Shown: positions 38,172-47,947 of the stretch, piece after piece
Numbering within the stretch: the stretch's first letter is position 1
How the letters are laid out: every line of letters begins with the position of its first letter
NCBI GenBank assembly: GCA_003151425.1
Contig: PLXO01000061.1
Location: 3,748-67,747 of the forward strand
From: Acetobacteraceae bacterium
Lineage (GTDB): Bacteria; Pseudomonadota; Alphaproteobacteria; Acetobacterales; Acetobacteraceae
Reading direction: 5' to 3'
Length of the DNA: 64,000 nt
Made by a program: the position numbers and the translations under genes
The notes under the pieces: model-generated
The model's input: only the letters and a program-made list of their open reading frames with translations
Told to the model about the DNA's origin: nothing
The model's database searches: none

Positions 38172-40577
38172 ATGCACTTCCTCAGTCGACTCAAACTCCG
38201 CACCAAGTTCGCCCTGCTGCTCGGCCTGTCTGCGCTCGGGGTGATCGCGTCGATTGGCCTGGCCGCCTCGCAGATGCATGACAGGATGCTGAACGACAGA
38301 ATAGAGACGCTGCACGCCGCCACGCAGATGGCGATCGGCATCGCGCGATCGCTGGAGCAACGGGTCGCCGCCGGCGAGATAACGCGCCAGCAAGCCATCG
38401 CGCGCCTCGCCGACATCCTGCACGTGATGCATTTCCATGACAGCGGAGGGAATGACCGTAATGGGTACATTGTCTTTCAGGCGCGGGATGGTCTGGTGCT
38501 CGCGCATGGCGGCAATCCCAGCCAGGAAGGCAAGCCCGCAGGAGGCCGGGACTCCAGCGGACGCTCAACCAGCGACCTGTCCTGGGCCGCGGTGGAAGTC
38601 AGCGATCATGGCGTGATCTTCTATACGTATCCCAGGCCCGGGCAGAAGGTGCCGCAGCCTAAGGTCGCCTATGTCGCCCGCTTCGCCCCGTGGGATGCAG
38701 TGGCGTTTGCCGCCGCTTTCACCGACGACCTCGACTCCGATTTCCGCACCACGTTCGGGCGCCTGGTGACGACCGGCGGACTGATCCTGCTTGTCACGCT
38801 GCTGGCCGCCTGGCTGATCAATCATGACATCACAAAATCACTTGGCGGGCTGCGCACGGCGATGGAGCGTGTGGCCAGTGGTCACCTTGCCGCCGAAATC
38901 CCCGGAACCGAGCGGCGCGACGAGGTCGGCGACATGGCCGGGGCGGTGCTGGTGTTCAGGGAACACATGGCCGCCGAGGTGAGGGCACAGCAGGAGGTTG
39001 TGCGCGCCCGCGATGCGGCCGAAAGCGCCAACCTCGCGAAATCCGCCTTTCTGGCGACCATGAGTCACGAGATCAGAACGCCGATGAACGCCGTATTGGG
39101 CCTCGCCGGCAGTCTGCTCGACGATTCGATCACTCCCGCGCAGCGCGAGGCGGTGAACGCGATCCTCGACTCCGGCGCCAGCCTGCTGCGCATCCTCAAT
39201 GACATCCTGGATTTCTCCAAGATCGATGCCGGGCAGATGACCTTGGAGCCGGCACCGTTCTCGCCAGCGACGCTGACGCAGCACGCGGTCAGCATCCTCG
39301 GCCCGCGTGCGCGGGCGAAGGGGCTGACGATCGGTGCCGAGGCCGATCCCAACTTGCCCGCCGGGCTGATGGCCGATCACGGACGCATCCGTCAGGTGTT
39401 GCTCAACCTGGTATCCAACTCGGTGAAGTTCACCGATACCGGCAGCGTCACGATCAGCGCGCGCTGCATCGCCCGCGAAGCCGGCGCGGCAACCGTCGAA
39501 TGGTCGGTCCGCGACACCGGCATCGGCATTGCACCAGACCGGATCGACAGTCTGTTCCGCGAGTTCGTCCAGGCGGACAACTCGATCAACCGGCGCTTTG
39601 GCGGTTCCGGCCTCGGCCTGGTGATCAGCAAGCGGCTGGTGGAGCAGATGGGCGGCTCGATCGGCGTGGCATCGGCGATTGGCGTCGGCACGACATTCCG
39701 CGTGCGTCTGACCCTGCCGATCACCGACGCCCCGCCCGAAGTGCGGGCGGCCCCGGCTAACGAAGCGCAAGCGCTGGAGGCGTGGTCGGCGGCGCTCGGC
39801 CGGCCGTTGCGCATCCTGTTCGCCGAGGACAATCCCACCAACCAGTTCGTCGCGCGGCAATTGCTCAGAGGCGTCGCGGTGCAGGTGGACTTCGTCGGCG
39901 ACGGGGTGGAGGCGGTCGATGCCGCCTCGCGCTTCAACTATGACGTGATCTTCATGGACATGCGCATGCCGGAGCTGGACGGGCTGGCGGCGACCCGGCT
40001 GATCCGTCAGCGCGGCGGCGCGTTGGCGCATGTGCCGATCATCGCGCTGACCGCGAACGCCTTCCCTGAAGACGTGAAGGCATGTTTCGACGCGGGGATG
40101 AACCAGTTCGTGACCAAGCCGGTGACCAGGGATGTGCTGATCGCCGCCATCCTGCGTGACTTATTGCCGCCGATCCCGCCAGCCGTGCCCGCCCCCGACG
40201 CCGTCAGGGCGGAAGCGCTGCCGCCGTTAGACGCGGCGGCGTTGCGCGTGCTGGGGGAGCAGATCGGTGATGATTGCGTCGCCGAGATGCTCGACATGTT
40301 CCAACAGGAGACGCGGGCGCGGCTACAACGTATGCTGCAATATATGGCGACTCCGGGCATACCTTCGGATGTCCTGATCGACGAAGCGCATACCCTTAAA
40401 GGCGCGGCCGGCACCGTCTGCGCGCCGCTGCTGCGCCAGCGCGCCGAGGTGATCGAGGCGCGGCTGCGCAGCGGCGCCTCGATCGAACTGGGTGACCTTG
40501 CCGGCCTGACGGCGGCGTTGCAGGCATTCACCGAAGCCCTGGAGGCGACCAGCATTACGTCGCCGGTCGCAGCCTGA
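38172..40577 (+). CDS. Hybrid sensor histidine kinase/response regulator (Cache-like, HAMP, HisKA, HATPase, REC, Hpt)
   Basis: H-box MSHEIRTPMN, G-boxes GSGLGL, receiver FMDMRMPELDG and Hpt HTLKGAAG. Confidence 0.9.
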   Translation: MHFLSRLKLRTKFALLLGLSALGVIASIGLAASQMHDRMLNDRIETLHAATQMAIGIARSLEQRVAAGEITRQQAIARLADILHVMHFHDSGGNDRNGYIVFQARDGLVLAHGGNPSQEGKPAGGRDSSGRSTSDLSWAAVEVSDHGVIFYTYPRPGQKVPQPKVAYVARFAPWDAVAFAAAFTDDLDSDFRTTFGRLVTTGGLILLVTLLAAWLINHDITKSLGGLRTAMERVASGHLAAEIPGTERRDEVGDMAGAVLVFREHMAAEVRAQQEVVRARDAAESANLAKSAFLATMSHEIRTPMNAVLGLAGSLLDDSITPAQREAVNAILDSGASLLRILNDILDFSKIDAGQMTLEPAPFSPATLTQHAVSILGPRARAKGLTIGAEADPNLPAGLMADHGRIRQVLLNLVSNSVKFTDTGSVTISARCIAREAGAATVEWSVRDTGIGIAPDRIDSLFREFVQADNSINRRFGGSGLGLVISKRLVEQMGGSIGVASAIGVGTTFRVRLTLPITDAPPEVRAAPANEAQALEAWSAALGRPLRILFAEDNPTNQFVARQLLRGVAVQVDFVGDGVEAVDAASRFNYDVIFMDMRMPELDGLAATRLIRQRGGALAHVPIIALTANAFPEDVKACFDAGMNQFVTKPVTRDVLIAAILRDLLPPIPPAVPAPDAVRAEALPPLDAAALRVLGEQIGDDCVAEMLDMFQQETRARLQRMLQYMATPGIPSDVLIDEAHTLKGAAGTVCAPLLRQRAEVIEARLRSGASIELGDLAGLTAALQAFTEALEATSITSPVAA

Positions 40578-40845
40578 TATCGGGCCAACCGCGCCTGTCA
40601 TGGCGGTTCCCGATAGTGGGTCGGTTTGAATGTCCGCCTTGGGTCGAATCCGGCTGTTCAGGCCAAGCGATCCGGCTACCGCTGCAACGGACCAGAACGC
40701 GACACTCGAACTAACCCACCATGACGGTGCCCCATACCAAGCATCCGAATGATCGACTCTTCGGCGATACCCACGCCGTCACGTCGCCCCGAACGTCGCC
40801 ATAACGTGGTCGCCCGCCGATGGTCATACCCCCACCCCCCAGCCA

Positions 40846-41058
40846 TCAACCCCCATACCGCGCCACCAGCGCGTTCCACAGCGCGATCGCCTCCGCCCGC
40901 CCGCCGGTCGCCGGCACCCGCACCGCAGTTTGCACCAGCACCAACCGCGCGCCCGGATCGACATAGATCGACTGCCCATGGATGCCGAGCAACGCGAACT
41001 GCCGCGCGGGCCCCGGAAACAGCCAGACCTAATTCCCACACCCCATGTAACCCGCGGC
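40846..41058 (-). pseudogene. Serine hydrolase/beta-lactamase-family C-terminal remnant with an in-frame stop
   Basis: GYMGCGN*VWLFPGPARQFALLGIHGQSIYVDPGARLVLVQTA. The internal TAA is at 41029-41031. Confidence 0.4.
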
Positions 41059-41097
41059 GTGCCGCGGCGCGACGGCCTGGATCTTTACACTTTCCTG

Positions 41098-41780
41098 GTG
41101 CACCGCCAGAGCCTTTGGCGCGCGGACGCCGGCGCGCAGGAAATCGCCAGCGCGCCGGGACGCGTCTGTGTGTTCGACTTCGCCTATCCCGCACTGACCG
41201 AGGTGACCTGGAACGATAGCATAACCATCTCGCTGTCGCGCGCGGTGATCGATGAGGTGCTGCCGGGGTGCACCCTGCACGGCCTGACGCTGGACGGCAC
41301 CCGCGGCGGGCTGCTGCACGACTTCCTCGGTGCGCTCGTCGGCCGGGTGCGAGGCCGGAGCGTGGCCGACGGGACCTATCTCGTCGCGGCGTGCCGCGAC
41401 TTGATTGCTGCGTGCGTCGCGCCGTCGGCGGACAGCGCGGCGCGCGCGCAGCCGCAGCTCGACGGTCTGGTCTATCATCGTGCCCGCGCGCTGATCGACG
41501 CGAACCTCGCCCGCCCGGAGTGGGACGCCGAGGCGCTTCGCCTCGCGCTCGGCGTGTCGCGTTCAACGCTGTACCGCGTGTTCAAGCGCTTCGGCGGCGT
41601 CGCCGAGCATATCCGCACGCGGCGGTTGGCGCGCGCGCGTGTTGCTCGCCGACCTGCGGACCGGACGGCGGATCTCGGCGATCGGCCGCGCCTGCGGGTT
41701 CACCAGCGACGCGGCGTTCAGCCGCGCGTTCCGCCAGCAATACGGCTACACCGCGCGCGAGGTGCAGGCGTTCGGCGGGC
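41098..41780 (+). pseudogene. AraC-family regulator, 5'-truncated and frameshifted
   Basis: HTH-1 SRSTLYRVFKRFGG is in the frame of ORF 40930. HTH-2 ISAIGRACGFTSDAAFSRAFRQQYGYTAREV is in the frame of ORF 41639. The switch falls in the GCGCGCGCGCG run at 41629-41639. Confidence 0.6.
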
Positions 41781-42096
41781 CGGCGTTGTTCCTGCCGGTC
41801 GGCACCGCGCCGACCACGCCGGTGAACGAGGTGGACGTCTTCGATTGGATCCGACAGCTCAGCGGCAGAGCCGGCTCGGGCTGGTTTGATCGTTTGGTCG
41901 CTGACGATGAGCGCATCCGGACGCGCCGTCCGGCTGCTCCGACGCTTCACCCGCCGCCACGCCTCAGCCACTGTCCCGGTTCGGGATTGGCCGATGCGCG
42001 CGCCGTCGCAGTTCCTCCTTCACCCCCCGCAGCTTCACTCGATTGGGCCAATGGCGCTCACCACTTGTCAACTACTTCGCCGGATAGTCGGCCGCC

Positions 42097-44214
42097 GTGC
42101 TCCCTCCACCCACCAAGCCACCGGCTGCTGCCCAACCCTCCGAAGCCCTGGTCGCCGGCCAGTTCTGGGTCGACATCTCGCGTCCGCTACCGGGCGCCGG
42201 TGGCGGACTGCCAGCCTTCGCGGTCATCGATCGGCGGGACGGCCAGGCAGCCCTGATGGCGGTGCAGGTGCGCCGCCACCTGCCGGTGCGCGCACAGGCA
42301 TTGCAGAGCCTCGTCGGCGCCGGCATCGATGGCCTGTTGGCCCCGCTGGCCTACGGCGCCGCTCCCGCGCCAGGCGGGGAGGAGGCGGGCTTCCTGATAT
42401 GTCAGGCTCCCCCCGGCCCGTCGCTCGCCGCCGCACTCCGCCCCTGGCCGGAGCCCGAGCTGCTCGCCTTCGTCCTGCGTCCCGCCGCGCGCGTGCTCGA
42501 CCAGCTCGGCCGGCGCGGCCTGACCCATCGTGCCATCAGGGCGGACAACGTGTTTCGCGCCGGCCCCGGCCATCCGGTCTTGCTCGGCTGCGCCTGGGCC
42601 ACGCCGCCCGCCGCGCTTCAGCCGGCCCTCGCCGAGCCACCCTATGTATCCGTCTGCCTTCCAAGCCGCCGTGGCGACGGCACCATCGCGGATGATGTCT
42701 ACGCCCTCGGCGTGTTGATGCTCGTGCTGGCGCTCGGGCGGGCGCCGCTGGCTGGCGTGGCCGAGGCGGAGATCACCCACCAGAAGCTGGATCAGGGCAG
42801 CTACACTGCGTTGATCGGCGACCATCGCCCAGGCAGCTTTGTGGCTGACCTGCTGCGCGGCATGTTGGCCGAGGATCCCGAGCATCGGCCGCCGCCATCG
42901 CTGCTGCTCGATCCCGCGGCCGCCCGCTCCCGCCGGATCGCCTCTCGTCCGCCGACCCGCGCGCCGCGTCCGATCCAGGTGGGCGATCAGGTCTGCTGGC
43001 ACCCGCGCACGCTTGCCCACGCGCTCGCCACGCAGCCCCGGCCCGGCCTGGAGGCACTCAAAAGTAGCGCGGTTGGCCAGTGGCTCCGCCGCGATCTCGG
43101 TGACGGTGCGCTGGCGGTTCGGCTAGAAGAGCGCCTCGGCTTCCACGCGGGCGGCGCGGGCGACGATACGCCCGACGCAGAGGCGCTGTCGTTGATGCGT
43201 GCGGTGGAGATGCTCGATCCGCTGGCCCCGATGTGCTGGGGCGGCCTGATCCTGTGGCCTGACGCGATCGGCACCAGTCTGGCCGCGATGCAGGATCCCG
43301 CCGTGCTGACCAACGCAAACCAGACCGGAGTGAAACAGCCGGGGGCGAACCAGCCGGGGGCGAACCAGCCGGGGGCGAACCAGACGGGGGCGAACCTGAC
43401 CGGCGTGAACCTGACCGGCGGGGAGCAGGCCAGCCGGATCGCCAGGCTGGTCGCTGCGGAGGCCCATGTCGCCTGGGCCGGGTTGCGGCCAGACCGGCCC
43501 GAGATGCGGCTGCTGCGGCAGGATGCGCGCCAATTGCGTGCGTTGTTGCAACTGTCTGGACCGTCCGGCGGCGTGCTCCGGCTGACCTATCAGCTCAATC
43601 CGCTGCTGCCCTGCACGTCGCCCGGCCTGGAGCTGCGCTGGGTCGCGCGACTGGCCGATCTGATGCCCGCGCTGGAGGCCGCCGCGCGGCGCGATCGCGC
43701 GCAGGCTTCGCTGATCACCCCCGCCGTGGCGGCCTTCATCGCCGCTCGGGGGGACCGGGCGCTGGAGGCTGCGGTGGCACGCCTCGCCGACACCCCAGGC
43801 GCCGTCGATCCGCTCGCGCAGCTCCGCCTGTTGGCCCAGCTCCAGGCGCGCTACCATCCAAAACCACTGCCCGCACTTGGCGCGTGGGTCACCGAACGCA
43901 CCGATGCCCTGCTCACGGGATGGCATAGCCGGCCGCGCCGCGCGCTGCTGCGGCCCAGGCTGGGTGAGCTTGCCACATCGGGCGAGCTCGCCACGCTGGT
44001 TGCCCTGCTGGACGATTCCCAAGCCCGCCGCACGGATGAGCGCGAGCGGCAGCTCGCCGCCAGGAACCTTGGGTGGATCGACGCCACGCTGGAGGGTATC
44101 GCCATTGGCGGACCGGTGCGCGCCGAGCGGGCGCGACGCCTCGGACAGGAGGTCGCCGCCGGCATCGGTCTTACCGCACTCGTGATGCTGCTGCTGATCG
44201 CGGCGCTGGGCTGA
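42097..44214 (+). CDS. Membrane-anchored protein kinase-like protein (predicted pseudokinase)
   Basis: HRAIRADN replaces HRDxKxxN. DDVYALGVLMLVLALGRAP is subdomain IX-like. No Gly-loop, VAIK Lys or DFG was seen. C-terminal TM helix LTALVMLLLIAALG. Confidence 0.6.
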   Translation: MLPPPTKPPAAAQPSEALVAGQFWVDISRPLPGAGGGLPAFAVIDRRDGQAALMAVQVRRHLPVRAQALQSLVGAGIDGLLAPLAYGAAPAPGGEEAGFLICQAPPGPSLAAALRPWPEPELLAFVLRPAARVLDQLGRRGLTHRAIRADNVFRAGPGHPVLLGCAWATPPAALQPALAEPPYVSVCLPSRRGDGTIADDVYALGVLMLVLALGRAPLAGVAEAEITHQKLDQGSYTALIGDHRPGSFVADLLRGMLAEDPEHRPPPSLLLDPAAARSRRIASRPPTRAPRPIQVGDQVCWHPRTLAHALATQPRPGLEALKSSAVGQWLRRDLGDGALAVRLEERLGFHAGGAGDDTPDAEALSLMRAVEMLDPLAPMCWGGLILWPDAIGTSLAAMQDPAVLTNANQTGVKQPGANQPGANQPGANQTGANLTGVNLTGGEQASRIARLVAAEAHVAWAGLRPDRPEMRLLRQDARQLRALLQLSGPSGGVLRLTYQLNPLLPCTSPGLELRWVARLADLMPALEAAARRDRAQASLITPAVAAFIAARGDRALEAAVARLADTPGAVDPLAQLRLLAQLQARYHPKPLPALGAWVTERTDALLTGWHSRPRRALLRPRLGELATSGELATLVALLDDSQARRTDERERQLAARNLGWIDATLEGIAIGGPVRAERARRLGQEVAAGIGLTALVMLLLIAALG
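43315..43419 (+). repeat. 7 x 15-bp in-frame tandem repeat (ANQPG-type pentapeptides)
   Basis: GCGAACCAGCCGGGG units read directly. Confidence 0.85.
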
Positions 44215-44220
44215 CCGGCG

Positions 44221-44808
44221 ATGGCGAAGCAGCGCCCTCCGACATCCACCGCAGGACGCGGCCAAGGCGGCGGGGCGGCCGGCGCCCCACGCGGACCCCG
44301 AGCTGGGATCCCCATGGGCAACGCTCTGATCGGCAAGACGGAGGACGGCCCGGCCGCTCCCGGACGGGCGAACGCATTGATGTGGATGCAGGGTCTGCTC
44401 TGCGGCGGGATGGTTGCCATCCAGCCGCCGACAGCGCTGCTGCTTGGTGCGCTGCTCGGCCCAGCGATTATTGCCCTGTTCCTCGACCGTCAGCCCGGCA
44501 GGCCGATCGCGCGCAGCGTGCTGCTGTGCGCGCTCGCCGCCTGCGTCAAGCCGGTGCGCACGCTCTGGGCTGCCGGGCATGGCATGGCCGCAAGCATCGC
44601 GCTGGCGACCGATCCCGATATCATCGGCACCGCCTGGGCCGCCGCCGCAGCGGGGTGGTTGCTCGCCGAATTGACGCCGGTCGCGGTGCGCGTGGTCCTG
44701 GAGCTGCTCTGTATGGCACGCGCGACCCGCTTGCGCGCCGCGCGTGCCGCCTTGGCCGAGGAGTGGGGGCTCGACGGCGACAACCCGCCGCCAACGTCTC
44801 CAGGCTGA
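44221..44808 (+). CDS. Hypothetical polytopic membrane protein, co-oriented 6 nt after the kinase-like gene
   Basis: 3-4 hydrophobic helices and a basic, Gly-rich N-terminus. Confidence 0.5.
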   Translation: MAKQRPPTSTAGRGQGGGAAGAPRGPRAGIPMGNALIGKTEDGPAAPGRANALMWMQGLLCGGMVAIQPPTALLLGALLGPAIIALFLDRQPGRPIARSVLLCALAACVKPVRTLWAAGHGMAASIALATDPDIIGTAWAAAAAGWLLAELTPVAVRVVLELLCMARATRLRAARAALAEEWGLDGDNPPPTSPG

Positions 44809-44892
44809 CCGGGCCGCCAATCTGCCCGGCCGCCTGGCTGATCGGCCGTCTCGCTGCCCGCCGCCGGGTCACAGCTGCGAATCGGCCGCGTG

Positions 44893-45798
44893 CTACGAAT
44901 GCATCTCCGCCGCCTCCAGCGGCGCTTTCAGGCGCCGCTCGGCGATCTGTGCCTTCATCGCCTTCTGCAGTTTCTCGAAGCCACGCACCTCGATCTGCCG
45001 CACCCGCTCGCGCGAGATGTTGTATTGCTGCGACAGCTCCTCGAGCGTCGTCGGATTGTCCTTCAGCCGGCGCTCTTCCAGGATATGCCGCTCGCGCGCG
45101 TTCAGCGTTTTCAGCGCGGTCGCCAGCAGGGCCCGGCGCCCCGTCAGCTCCTGGTGATCGCCGATCGAGGTCTCCTGACTCTCCGATTCGTCGACCAGCC
45201 AGTCCTGCCACTCGCCCTCGCTGTCGGCGCGCACCGGCGCGTTCAGACTGTGGTCGGGCGCAGCCAGACGGCGGTTCATGCTGACCACGTCCTGCTCGGG
45301 GACATCGAGCATGGTGGCGATCTTGCTCACCTGCTCCGGCTGCAGATCGCCGTCCTCGATCGCCTGCATCTGGCCCTTCAGCCGGCGCAGGTTGAAGAAC
45401 AGCTTCTTCTGCGCCGCCGTGGTGCCCATCTTCACCAGCGACCAGCTATGCAGGATGTACTCTTGGATCGCCGCCCGAATCCACCACATCGCATAGGTCG
45501 CCAGGCGGAACCCGCGCTCCGGATCGAAGCGCTTCACCGCCTGCATCATGCCGACGTTGCCTTCGCTGATCAGTTCGCCGACCGGCAGGCCGTAGCCGCG
45601 ATAGCCCATGGCGATCTTGGCGACCAGCCGCAGGTGCGAGGTAACCAGCTTGTGCGCGGCCTCAAGGTCTTCGTGGTCGCGCCAGCGGCGCGACAGCTCC
45701 AGTTCCTCCTCCGGGGAGAGCATGGGGAACTTGCGGATCTCCTGCAGATAGCGGGAGAGATTGCCCTCGGGGGCGACGTTGATGACGGCAGAGACCAT
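44893..45798 (-). CDS. rpoH: RNA polymerase sigma-32 factor
   Basis: RpoH box QKKLFFNLRRLKGQ and sigma regions 2-4. ATG 45798 preceded by AAAGGAG. Confidence 0.92.
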   Translation of the reverse strand: MVSAVINVAPEGNLSRYLQEIRKFPMLSPEEELELSRRWRDHEDLEAAHKLVTSHLRLVAKIAMGYRGYGLPVGELISEGNVGMMQAVKRFDPERGFRLATYAMWWIRAAIQEYILHSWSLVKMGTTAAQKKLFFNLRRLKGQMQAIEDGDLQPEQVSKIATMLDVPEQDVVSMNRRLAAPDHSLNAPVRADSEGEWQDWLVDESESQETSIGDHQELTGRRALLATALKTLNARERHILEERRLKDNPTTLEELSQQYNISRERVRQIEVRGFEKLQKAMKAQIAERRLKAPLEAAEMHS

Positions 45799-45986
45799 GA
45801 CGGCTCCTTTCGCCTGATCGGCGCGTTGTCCGGTCCAATAGTGGCACGGGACTCGAACGCCGTGGACTGAATTCCAGTCCATGAAATGGTAGGAATGTTA
45901 CGTCCTGGTCGGCTGCCCCGCGCCGGCGACATGCCACCCAGACGTCCGCTGGGGAGGTTTCCTACCTCTGCCTCCCTGGCGCGGAG

Positions 45987-46015
45987 CTTATACAGGACCG
46001 TATTAGTCCTGTCAA
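45987..46015 (-). promoter_or_regulatory. Candidate sigma70-type promoter upstream of rpoH
   Basis: The minus strand reads TTGACA-17 nt-TATAAG. The spacer contains the 6-bp inverted repeat CAGGAC...GTCCTG. Confidence 0.5.
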
Positions 46016-46103
46016 GGGCGCTGACCTAATCGTGACCGCCGGGATCTCCCAGAGGTTGCCGAGTACGGAGGTCGATCTCTCCCAAGTTGTGTCCCGAGGC
46101 CCG

Positions 46104-47216
46104 TCAGTTGTGTCCCAAGGCGGGCGAGGCGGGTCCGTCCAGCACTGCCACCAGGGCCGCGAAATCGGCCGGTGGCGCCGACTCGAACGCCAAAACCTCG
46201 CCCGTCCGCGGGTGGCGAAAGCCCAGCCGGGCGGCGTGCAGCGCCTGGCGCGGAAAATCGAGCAGACGTGACCGTGCCGGCTCCGGGACCAGCCGCGCGG
46301 AGCCTGGCACACGGCGCAAATAGACCGGGTCTCCGACCACCGGATGGCCGCTCGCCGCCAGGTGAACACGGATCTGATGCGTCCGCCCTGTGGCCAGCCG
46401 ACATTCCAACAGCGAGACCCCGCCATGCCAGGTGCGCATCGTGGTATAGCGGGTCAGCGCCGCCTTGCCGCCCTGGAGGCGCACCGCCATCCGCTTGCGA
46501 TCGCGCCGGTCACGCCCGATCGCCCCCTCGATCTCGCCGGCAAGCGGCGCGGCCACCCCCCAGGCCAGCGCCAGATAGGCGCGATCCAGGTCGTGCGCGG
46601 CGAAGGTCGCGTTCAGCGCCACCATCGCCTGCTGGGTCTTCGCCACCACCATCACGCCCGAGGTGTCCTTGTCGAGCCGGTGCACAATGCCGGGCCGTCG
46701 CTCCCCGCCAATCCCGGGCAGTATCTCGCCGCAATGCGCCAGCAGCGCGTTGACCAGCGTGCCGTCCTCGTTGCCCGGCGCCGGGTGCACTACCAGCCCG
46801 GCCGGCTTGTCGAGCACGATCAGGTCGTCGTCCTCATAAAGGATGGTGAACGGAATCGACTGCGGCACCGGGCGCGCCGGCACTGGCGGCGGTACGGTCA
46901 ACGTGTAGGTGGCGCCCGGCCGCACCGGCTCGGCAGGCTCGTGCAGGACGGTCCCGTCGCGGCGCGCCTGCCCCGCCTCGATCAGCGACTTGACGCGGGA
47001 GCGCGAGATCGTGCCGATGGCGTCGGCGAGGAAACGATCGACTCGTTCGCCGCGCGCCTCAGGACCGGCCACGATCCGCAACGGTTCGCCTGGCGTTTCG
47101 CTCGATGGAAGCGCTTCGCTCGATGGTGTTGCTTCGCTGGGGGGCGGTTCGGCGATCATGCGACCGGCGGATAGCGCGAATCGGCCTCCGGCGGCAGTGG
47201 TCGGCTTGACTTGCAT
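46104..47216 (-). CDS. rluD: RluA-family 23S rRNA pseudouridine synthase (RluD-like)
   Basis: S4 domain (RVDRFLA), HRLDKDTSG catalytic motif. The start is uncertain (ATG 47216 or 47159). Confidence 0.8.
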   Translation of the reverse strand: MQVKPTTAAGGRFALSAGRMIAEPPPSEATPSSEALPSSETPGEPLRIVAGPEARGERVDRFLADAIGTISRSRVKSLIEAGQARRDGTVLHEPAEPVRPGATYTLTVPPPVPARPVPQSIPFTILYEDDDLIVLDKPAGLVVHPAPGNEDGTLVNALLAHCGEILPGIGGERRPGIVHRLDKDTSGVMVVAKTQQAMVALNATFAAHDLDRAYLALAWGVAAPLAGEIEGAIGRDRRDRKRMAVRLQGGKAALTRYTTMRTWHGGVSLLECRLATGRTHQIRVHLAASGHPVVGDPVYLRRVPGSARLVPEPARSRLLDFPRQALHAARLGFRHPRTGEVLAFESAPPADFAALVAVLDGPASPALGHN

Positions 47217-47313
47217 GCGAGGGAGACCAGCGAAGTGCCGGGCACGGCGCCAGTGAGTGGAATTAGCCCCGGATTGCCTTGCTCCGATTACGCCATTGGC
47301 GTAAATTGCTGCC

Positions 47314-47643
47314 GTGAAGATTGTCCGCACCAGCCGCTACCTCAAGGATCTTAAGCGGCTTGGTGCGACAGCCGCCGAAATTGCGGCCCTTGAAGGGGAA
47401 GTCGTTGCCACTCCAATGGCTGGTGACGTCATCCCTGGTCTGGGTGGCCTGCGCAAGCTGCGGTTTGGCTTTGGCGGACGTGGCAAGCGGGGCGGCGGGC
47501 GGGCGATCTACTTTCTGATCCTGGCGGAGGACGTGGCGGTAATGCTGTTTGCCTATGGGAAGGCCTCGCAGGAAGACCTCACGCAAGAGCAACGGCGAGC
47601 GGCCTTGGCATTGATAAAGGAGATGACCGGTGGCGAAGACTGA
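47314..47643 (+). CDS. RelE/HigB-like addiction-module toxin
   Basis: MKIVRTSRYLKDLKRL...GLRKLRF...GKRGGGRAIYF pattern. Overlaps the antitoxin gene by 14 nt. Confidence 0.65.
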   Translation: MKIVRTSRYLKDLKRLGATAAEIAALEGEVVATPMAGDVIPGLGGLRKLRFGFGGRGKRGGGRAIYFLILAEDVAVMLFAYGKASQEDLTQEQRRAALALIKEMTGGED

Positions 47644-47947
47644 CAAGGCCCCTGCATTCGGTGACGCACTCCTGGAGGGACTACGGGAAGCCGCGGCCTG
47701 GAAGCGAGGCGAAGTGGCGTTGGACACGGTAAACGTGGACCCGATGCCGGCGGAACGTATCCGCGCGATCCGGCGCAAGGTGGCGAAGTCCGCCGGCGAT
47801 TTCGAGCGGAGGTTCGGCATTCCCGCCGCCACGTTGAGCAATTGGGAACAAGGCCGCCGCACGCCCGACCCGGCCGCGCGGGTCCTGTTGCGCGTGATTG
47901 AGAAGGACCCGGAGGCGGTGTTGCGGGCGCTTAGTGGGGGTACGTAG
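47630..47947 (+). CDS. XRE-family HTH antitoxin (HigA-like)
   Basis: C-terminal HTH FERRFGIPAATLSNWEQGRRTPDPAARVLLRVI. Confidence 0.65.
   Translation: MAKTDKAPAFGDALLEGLREAAAWKRGEVALDTVNVDPMPAERIRAIRRKVAKSAGDFERRFGIPAATLSNWEQGRRTPDPAARVLLRVIEKDPEAVLRALSGGT

Noticed and set aside
41830-42256. A C-terminal extension of the AraC frame (..NEVDVFDWIRQLSGRAG..) overlapping the kinase-like gene start by 160 nt, as a real fused domain.
   Set aside because: The extension exists only because no stop occurs after the frameshifted HTH-2. Its composition becomes Pro/Ser-rich noise, and it overlaps a better-supported gene.
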